A stretch of DNA of 64,000 nt, from NCBI GenBank assembly GCA_000146465.1, contig CP001947.1; one strand, 5' to 3'. Positions within the stretch are counted from its first letter, which is position 1, and each line of letters starts with the position of its first letter. A model generated the notes under the pieces. That model worked only from the letters and a program-made list of their open reading frames with translations, had not been told where the DNA came from and did not search any database. Below are positions 57,682 through 64,000 of the stretch, piece after piece. A program made the position numbers and the translations under genes.

Positions 57682-58827
57682 CTAGCAACATTTTCTGAAC
57701 AATGCAGCCACCCCATGGCCTCCACCCACACAAAGAGCTGCAACTCCATATTTGCCTGGTTGTTCTTTCTCCATGGTGTTTAGTAACGTGCAAACAATCC
57801 TTGCTCCAGAGGCTCCTATTGGATGCCCAAGGGCTATGGCTCCTCCGCACTTGTTAACCCTTTCTCTTGCAATCCCTAGTTCCTTCAGACAGCAAAGAAC
57901 TTGAGATGCAAATGCCTCATTTATTTCAAAGCACGAAATCTGCTCTTTCTCGAGACCGTTCTTTTTCAGTAGTTTCTCGATCGCGAAAACAGGTCCCAAG
58001 CCCATATCTCTGGGCTTAAGCCCGACTGTTGCAAAATCGACAAACTCTGCAATGGCTGGAAGACCCAGGTCACTGGCTTTTGCTCTTGTCATCAAAAGAA
58101 CTGCAGAAGCTCCATCAGATAGCTGTGAAGAATTTGCCGGCGTGCAAATCCCGTCTTGGCGGAACACAGGTTTTAGATTTCCGATGACTTCCAAAAGCGT
58201 TTCCCTTATGCCTTCATCATGCTCGACAGTTTCCCCTTCAATCTCCATAGGAATGATTTCCCTGAGGAATATGCCCTTCTTTGTGGCCTCGGCAGCCCTA
58301 TTCTGGCTTTCTACTGCATATTTGTCTGCCTCCTCGCGTGTTATTCCATATGTTTTACCTAGCATCTCAGACACTTCTCCCAATCCCAACAGACAATCCT
58401 CGGCATCTGTATTTTCTTCCTTTCTACTAAGATTGTATTCTTTAGGAAGTCCATAAGACGTCATGGATTCAAATCCCCCTGCTAGTCCAACCTCTATCTT
58501 CCCCAGCTTGATCTTCTCTGCAATAAGCCCAATAGACTCGAGTCCCGAACCGCATATTCTGTTTATGGTCATAACCGGTGTTGAGGCCGGTATTCCTGCT
58601 CTTAAGACTCCCATTCTTGCAGCAATACTCCCTTCCATCGAGGAAAGACAATGCCCAAGAACGACCTCTTCAATGGCCTGAGGATCAATCCCTGTCTTTT
58701 TGATGACTCCATGGACGGCTGCACCTATCAACTCATCATTCTTGAGATTCTTGAACTTGCCCCTTCCTGCCTTTGCAATGGGTGTTCGAAGTGCACAAAC
58801 AACAACAACATCTTCCATAAGTATCAT
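57682..58827 (-). CDS. acetyl-CoA C-acetyltransferase (thiolase II, Erg10-like)
   Basis: Thiolase active-site regions NRICGSGLESI, ...GHPIGASGARIV... and ALCVGGGHGVAALF; 381 aa. Confidence 0.9.
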   Translation of the reverse strand: MILMEDVVVVCALRTPIAKAGRGKFKNLKNDELIGAAVHGVIKKTGIDPQAIEEVVLGHCLSSMEGSIAARMGVLRAGIPASTPVMTINRICGSGLESIGLIAEKIKLGKIEVGLAGGFESMTSYGLPKEYNLSRKEENTDAEDCLLGLGEVSEMLGKTYGITREEADKYAVESQNRAAEATKKGIFLREIIPMEIEGETVEHDEGIRETLLEVIGNLKPVFRQDGICTPANSSQLSDGASAVLLMTRAKASDLGLPAIAEFVDFATVGLKPRDMGLGPVFAIEKLLKKNGLEKEQISCFEINEAFASQVLCCLKELGIARERVNKCGGAIALGHPIGASGARIVCTLLNTMEKEQPGKYGVAALCVGGGHGVAALFRKCC

Positions 58828-58933
58828 TCCTCAGGGCTTTTCAACATGTCCTTTATCAAAAAGCCTCTTGTCTAGGTTGTAAGGAGAGAGGAATTGTTTA
58901 CCAGGTATAAATACACAGATCAAAACAAACAAC

Positions 58934-60745
58934 ATGGCCAAGCCATTGCAAACCAAGATCAAGAGCTCTCGCTCAAACCAACTAGCCCAGGGTGTACTTA
59001 TAGTGATTCTGTCGATTCTTCTGTTCAATAAGAAAGCATCTATAACAAGAGATGAGACCGAGTTTATAAGAAGTCTTAAATCTTATGAACAAGGGAGATT
59101 CTGTCTCTACAAGCATCTTCCATTGCCAGGCATACTCTGCCATGGCCTGAAGAAGACCTTCTCGTATATGAATGTTCCTTTGCTATCCTTGGTATTGGAA
59201 AGCCCTAGACTGGTCAGCCTTGGACTCTTTGTTGTGACCATGCTGCAGATCTCCTGGCTATCCCAAGAAACATACAATCTGGAAGCTTCATGGATGGTTT
59301 TGGTGGTCTATATGGTCAGGTTGTTGGTCAACACTCAAACCATATTCTCCACAAACGAGATGTTTTCTATATGTTTTCTTGCAGGAGGGATTGTTCAGAT
59401 AAAAAAGAAACGCTCCTTTACCTCTGGGATTCTGATTGGGCTTTCGGTGGCGTCTAGCTGGGCATCTCTGTGTATTTTGCCTCCTCTTGCAATATTTTAC
59501 GGCATTGAACTGTTCTCATTTGCAGCGAACCCTGTAAATCGGTTAAGCAAGGCTTTTCAGAAACTTTTCAAAGGAATTATTGCATTTGCAGTCATCCCAG
59601 CTTCTATATATTTCCTGTCGTTTCTTGTGCACTATTCTATCCAGAACCAACATGCAAGAGATGCCGAAAAGTTTTCTGTCGAATTCCAAGCAACACTGAA
59701 AGGAAGCATGCACGAGCCCACAGACAAGTATCTCATGGACAGAAGCATAGTTACTATCCTAAACCAAAAACACAACGTGTATTTAAATATGAAGGAAGGC
59801 ATTCCCTCATGCTCTGGACAGAAGGCGGAAGACTCCATGTGGATGATCATTAAGGTTCATTCCAACCACTCGGGGGGAGAAGTTGAGGAGGAGGGTAGAT
59901 ACATTAATCATGGAGATCTTGTGAAGATGGTGGAGTTTGGAAGTAATATGTGTCTGAGGGTTGTGAATGAAGACACAGAAGACAAGTTTAGAAAAGTTCT
60001 TGGATTTGTCCAGGAGGACAACGAAGCAAATGAAGAAGATATATGGCAGATAATCGGAGATGGACCAGTTGTCAGCAGGAACTCGTTGGTAAGATTCAGG
60101 CACTACAAAACAGCAATGGATCTGTGTATCAGGAGCCTCCGGAGATCCGAGGAAAGCGAAGATGGAGAAAACACTATTGAAAAAGGTGTGAGTGGGTCGT
60201 TGTACAGCGATAACAAGTCTAGACTGTTCTACATCAGTGATAACAGAAACCATGACTTCTTCAAGAAGAACTTTGAGGATGGAAGGCCTAAAGAAGAAGT
60301 CCTTAACTTTCCCCAAAAGGGCTTTATGTCAAAGATGTTTGAGCATCATAGGAAACTCATAAAAACGTCCTCTGGGTGGAAATGGGGTTCACCAGGTTAC
60401 TCCATGCTACATCTTCAAAGTGGGGAGAGGTATTTGATGAAACACGACATAGTTTTCAATATCTTTACAGTTGTATCTTCATTTTTATTTCCTGTAGTAC
60501 TTCTGGCCAACCACATTTCTTGGAAGAAGTACGATAAAGGTTTTAGAGCGAGAAAAGACGATTCTTTTGTATGTGTGATGTACTTCTGTGCAGTTCTTAT
60601 GGGAAGCATCCTCGGTTTTGGCCTAGCACCCTTGGAAATGTTAAGCACCTGGATGATGCTGAACCTTGTGTTCCTTCTTGGGATGAAGCCAGCCTTGATT
60701 TTCTTTTCTGTCCTCCTCTCTACTTCGATGAGAATCTTGAGATAA
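58934..60745 (+). CDS. dolichyl-phosphate-mannose protein O-mannosyltransferase (PMT family)
   Basis: N-terminal TM region with a DE-containing loop; central MIR-like repeats (WQIIGDGPVVSRNSLVRFRHYKTAMDL); C-terminal TM region. Confidence 0.65.
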   Translation: MAKPLQTKIKSSRSNQLAQGVLIVILSILLFNKKASITRDETEFIRSLKSYEQGRFCLYKHLPLPGILCHGLKKTFSYMNVPLLSLVLESPRLVSLGLFVVTMLQISWLSQETYNLEASWMVLVVYMVRLLVNTQTIFSTNEMFSICFLAGGIVQIKKKRSFTSGILIGLSVASSWASLCILPPLAIFYGIELFSFAANPVNRLSKAFQKLFKGIIAFAVIPASIYFLSFLVHYSIQNQHARDAEKFSVEFQATLKGSMHEPTDKYLMDRSIVTILNQKHNVYLNMKEGIPSCSGQKAEDSMWMIIKVHSNHSGGEVEEEGRYINHGDLVKMVEFGSNMCLRVVNEDTEDKFRKVLGFVQEDNEANEEDIWQIIGDGPVVSRNSLVRFRHYKTAMDLCIRSLRRSEESEDGENTIEKGVSGSLYSDNKSRLFYISDNRNHDFFKKNFEDGRPKEEVLNFPQKGFMSKMFEHHRKLIKTSSGWKWGSPGYSMLHLQSGERYLMKHDIVFNIFTVVSSFLFPVVLLANHISWKKYDKGFRARKDDSFVCVMYFCAVLMGSILGFGLAPLEMLSTWMMLNLVFLLGMKPALIFFSVLLSTSMRILR

Positions 60746-60788
60746 AAACTGAGATTAAAAGTATGATTGACTATATACTTTACAGGTT

Positions 60789-61580
60789 TTATTTATGAAT
60801 ACAAAATAGATGTTTCTTGGCGTTCCAGGAGTAGTCGGGTATCAAACAATTCTCTAAGATGCAGATATTTCTATTGGAATGGTTTAGCATCTCAAAGGTC
60901 TTCTCCACGACATCTCCGTAGATTTCAAGAAATTCGTTGTGCCGCACCATAATGTGTCCCTTGCTCACAGCTATCCGAATCCCTATGGGAAGGAGATCTG
61001 TCTTCCTGTCCCCAGACTCTTCATAATAAAGATTTTTTAAATTAGAAGAAATGCACTTGATCTCTCTATAAAACTCTATAGAGAAATCAAGTGCATTTGG
61101 AATATCTGTAAACACAAACAAGAAGGAGTCTCCTTCATTTCGCACCTCTAGGCCTCCATGCTCCTTACATAATCTCCTTGCAATTTCGTCGTGAAAGACA
61201 ATTGTTCTATTCATTGCATCAGGGAAACAGTTCCAAAGGTTCGAACTGTCAACAATGTCCGTTATAACCAGGATAAGGTTTCCTTGAAGAAACCTCCTGG
61301 GGATTCTTCGAGAAATGTATTTTCTGTAACAAAGCTTCCCTCCCTTCTTTCCCTGGGGAACCTCCATCTTTTTAATCTTTAAAGGCTCTTTCCCTTGGCT
61401 CCGAGAAATAAGCATGCATTTCACTCCGTCGATTATCCCGACCTTGAAGCCACAGAACACCGACCCGAGTATCCATACCGGATTAATTGCCACCCATATC
61501 GCACATGCAATCATCTGTGTATGCATCCTAAAACTATATGCCACTAGCTGAAGAATAAGCGTCATGTTGTTCTTCAACAT
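60789..61580 (-). CDS. membrane-anchored class III nucleotidyl (adenylyl/guanylyl) cyclase-domain protein
   Basis: N-terminal TM helices, then a cyclase homology domain: ILVITDIVDSSNLW (metal-binding Asp), RNEGDSFLFVF (second Asp), IGIRIAVSKGHIMV...EIYGDVVEKTFEM. Confidence 0.55.
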   Translation of the reverse strand: MLKNNMTLILQLVAYSFRMHTQMIACAIWVAINPVWILGSVFCGFKVGIIDGVKCMLISRSQGKEPLKIKKMEVPQGKKGGKLCYRKYISRRIPRRFLQGNLILVITDIVDSSNLWNCFPDAMNRTIVFHDEIARRLCKEHGGLEVRNEGDSFLFVFTDIPNALDFSIEFYREIKCISSNLKNLYYEESGDRKTDLLPIGIRIAVSKGHIMVRHNEFLEIYGDVVEKTFEMLNHSNRNICILENCLIPDYSWNAKKHLFCIHK

Positions 61581-61834
61581 GGGGGCTTTTTAAATCCGTT
61601 TACTTTTATGTCCTACCGTTTTGACAGATAATTTTGGCACAATTGCAATTTTGAGAAATTAAAATTTAATCCTCTTTCAATTATACTTCACATTTTTCCA
61701 TAGGATACACTCCCTGGATAGATTGAATTCTATTCTTCGGCCAATTTCCATAATTGGAAATATAAATAACAATATTTACAAATAAGGAATAAAAAGTAGG
61801 TAGCGGTAATAACGAAAGATGTGATGGAAAATCT

Positions 61835-62731
61835 TCACTCTACCATTTTCCAACCAAACTCAACCTCCATGCCCTTTTCCCAGTTATATTCCTTTACAAC
61901 TCCCACAGTAAAGCCGATGGTTAACCTTGTCCCTTCTCCCATTACACTGCATATCTCTTCCCTAAGGCAATTGCTGTAGACAGCCTTGAGATCCTTCCCC
62001 AGAAATATAACGTTGTTCTTACTGTCGCCAACAATAATCAAGTCGTTCCATATAGTAGAGGCCTTGATATTGTACGGGAGCTCGGTGAACGAGGCTTCTC
62101 TGGTCTTGGGATCAAACACAAGAACCTTTCTGTCAAACAACGATATCACCAATGTTTCTCTAAGAGCACCCATCGATACTATAGGCTCCTTTAGAAATAC
62201 CAAGCATGGATACTCATCCATCCAAACTTCTCTCTTCCTCCTAAATATAATGTCTTCTATCTCTACCTTCTCTATACAAAATACCTTTCCATTTTCAAAC
62301 GAGAGAAATAGTCTGTCCTCACTAACCATTCCATATGTGCATATCCCATTGGTTGATTCCATCTTCGTCTTCTTAACCTCAACATCCTCATCTTCAATGC
62401 TAATTACCATAATCTCTTTACTGCCCACAATCAGGAGCCAATTCTTGTATACAACAGAGACATCTAATGGTCCTTTTGGCGTAATGTCCTTGATCTCGTA
62501 CCCAGAAAGGAACTCGACTCTGATCTTGGACAACAGTACCCATCCATCACTGAAATACTTGATATCAACTATCTCCTTGTTCAGAGCCACTTCCTTAAGA
62601 ATCTTTCTTCTTGGCCTGTTCCATACAACCAACTTGCTTGATGTTGCAACAAGAAGAATGTCCCCTTCAGAGCCAAGAGCGAGAATCTTATCTCCGTGTC
62701 TGTATGTAAACGAACCACATCTCTTGTCCAT
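61835..62731 (-). CDS. hypothetical beta-rich (propeller-like?) protein
   Basis: 298 aa, ATG start. Confidence 0.45.
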   Translation of the reverse strand: MDKRCGSFTYRHGDKILALGSEGDILLVATSSKLVVWNRPRRKILKEVALNKEIVDIKYFSDGWVLLSKIRVEFLSGYEIKDITPKGPLDVSVVYKNWLLIVGSKEIMVISIEDEDVEVKKTKMESTNGICTYGMVSEDRLFLSFENGKVFCIEKVEIEDIIFRRKREVWMDEYPCLVFLKEPIVSMGALRETLVISLFDRKVLVFDPKTREASFTELPYNIKASTIWNDLIIVGDSKNNVIFLGKDLKAVYSNCLREEICSVMGEGTRLTIGFTVGVVKEYNWEKGMEVEFGWKMVE

Positions 62732-62782
62732 CCAGTGGGAGACTTGGGAGAGAAATATATCAATGCAGTTTATTTGAGCTCC

Positions 62783-63994
62783 TCAGAAGTTTTTGAGGAA
62801 GTATCTAAATCCTGTCTTCAGCAGCAGAACATAAAGCAGTTCTTCGGGATCGCAGTCTTCATTAACCTTGACCATCAGGACAGAGTGTCTGGAAGAATAG
62901 AAGAAGTATCCCTTACTCCGAAGACTTGGTGTCAAGAGCTCCTCAATAAGTGGAGTTCCAAAGAGAAACGGGGGATCCGTCTTGTCCTCAACCTCCTCAA
63001 AGCCTGTTCTGGAGTAAAGGCTAAGGATAAAGTCGTAGTCTCGGAAGGTGGGCTGCAGTAACTTATGTGTTTGGAGCCTCATGTTTTCATCGAATAGGGG
63101 AATCTTCAGCCCTAGCACAGTTTTCTTGAGCCCGTTCAGCCTTTGCACAATCTTCAGAGGTGGGGTTTTTATAACTACTATGTCATGCTGGTACACCACC
63201 TCAAACCTCTTGTTCTTGTTCTCCGTAACTTTCAGCGTCTCAAGGTTGAACGAATACCCCTCAAGTCTGATTCGATGTCCCAAAAACTCTTGGAAAAATC
63301 TTCCAAACGATCTTATTTCTCTCCCAATCATCAGACATATCAGCTCCACAAGTCTGTCGTCAAAGTACACAGGAAAATATCCATGGCTGTCTAGAAAAAT
63401 CTTGGTAATCATCGTATTTTTCTTAACCACATCAGACTGCTCGCTCATAATTTCAGATATCCGCTCGTTAATTCTAAATTCCGCCTTTCGGTCTCCTTTT
63501 ATCATAATCTTAAATTTGAAGTACGATCCTCGGTACTTCAAGAGAACATGGCTATACCCAATCGCACATCGGTACTTGCTCTTCTTATAGATCAAGCAAT
63601 AGAGAGCTGTCTTTGCACAGTTAAGTGCATCCTGATCCTGCGGCCAGTTTGCATACGATCCGCAATGTAAATAGCACTCGTGGATGTTTGTAACCGAGGT
63701 GCTCATATGCATTGTACCACTGTCGATAATTTCCACGGGAAGTCTTATCTTCTTGATGTGCTCAAGAATCTCAACATATTTTGAATACTCGTCTCCCATC
63801 AGCTTGATCCCAAACACTATCTCATTCCACACAAAGTCATCCGCCTTGAATCCCTTCAGTCCATTCACTAGCAGGAAGTAAGGAATAGTGCTCTCGGGCC
63901 CGTTATAATTCGGTACAGGACTGTATCCTCTGTTGCTGAGCTTGATCCCAATAAAATGCTTGCCTTCAGAGGTATTAACATAGACATATCTCAT
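62783..63994 (-). CDS. hypothetical protein (403 aa or more; may extend past the window end)
   Basis: ATG at about 63994, but the frame stays open to the window edge. Confidence 0.45.
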   Translation of the reverse strand: MRYVYVNTSEGKHFIGIKLSNRGYSPVPNYNGPESTIPYFLLVNGLKGFKADDFVWNEIVFGIKLMGDEYSKYVEILEHIKKIRLPVEIIDSGTMHMSTSVTNIHECYLHCGSYANWPQDQDALNCAKTALYCLIYKKSKYRCAIGYSHVLLKYRGSYFKFKIMIKGDRKAEFRINERISEIMSEQSDVVKKNTMITKIFLDSHGYFPVYFDDRLVELICLMIGREIRSFGRFFQEFLGHRIRLEGYSFNLETLKVTENKNKRFEVVYQHDIVVIKTPPLKIVQRLNGLKKTVLGLKIPLFDENMRLQTHKLLQPTFRDYDFILSLYSRTGFEEVEDKTDPPFLFGTPLIEELLTPSLRSKGYFFYSSRHSVLMVKVNEDCDPEELLYVLLLKTGFRYFLKNF

Positions 63995-64000
63995 CCGATC

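Noticed and set aside
1-64000. Prokaryotic defence, mobile element or CRISPR content
   Set aside because: Every recognisable gene is eukaryotic (cullin, adaptin, Ssu72, RPL5, P4-ATPase, PMT, Sec63, USP), and spliceosomal introns plus a eukaryotic tRNA gene are present. There are no direct-repeat arrays, transposase or integrase domains, or terminal inverted repeats beyond the weak island-edge motif reported above.

Overview
This window reads as a gene-dense, intron-poor eukaryotic nuclear segment, most likely from a microsporidian or similarly reduced fungal-lineage parasite. Four observations support that: eukaryote-type housekeeping genes with shortened proteins (see features); two ultrashort spliceosomal introns of about 23-25 nt with GTAAGT...TAATTTT(A)AG signatures; a CCC motif a few nt upstream of many start codons; and a tRNA-Trp carrying eukaryotic A/B boxes. 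I call about 47 protein genes, one tRNA and two introns; there are no prokaryotic-style systems, CRISPR arrays or rRNA. The most unusual region is a sharply bounded 2.8 kb AT-rich island (about 20800-23610) where GC drops from about 45% to about 26%. It holds two divergently transcribed lineage-specific genes. One is a TALE-class homeodomain gene whose homeodomain is split by a 1-nt frameshift in an A8 homopolymer, which makes it a candidate mating-type-like, regulatory or decaying locus. Caveats: the ORF track uses non-ATG (GTG/TTG) starts, so several listed starts are artefacts, and I re-picked the first ATG, which is often preceded by CCC. In a few places my base-by-base reading and the ORF-track coordinates disagree by 1 nt, so every coordinate I derived myself (introns, tRNA, motifs, revised starts) carries an uncertainty of 1-2 nt.
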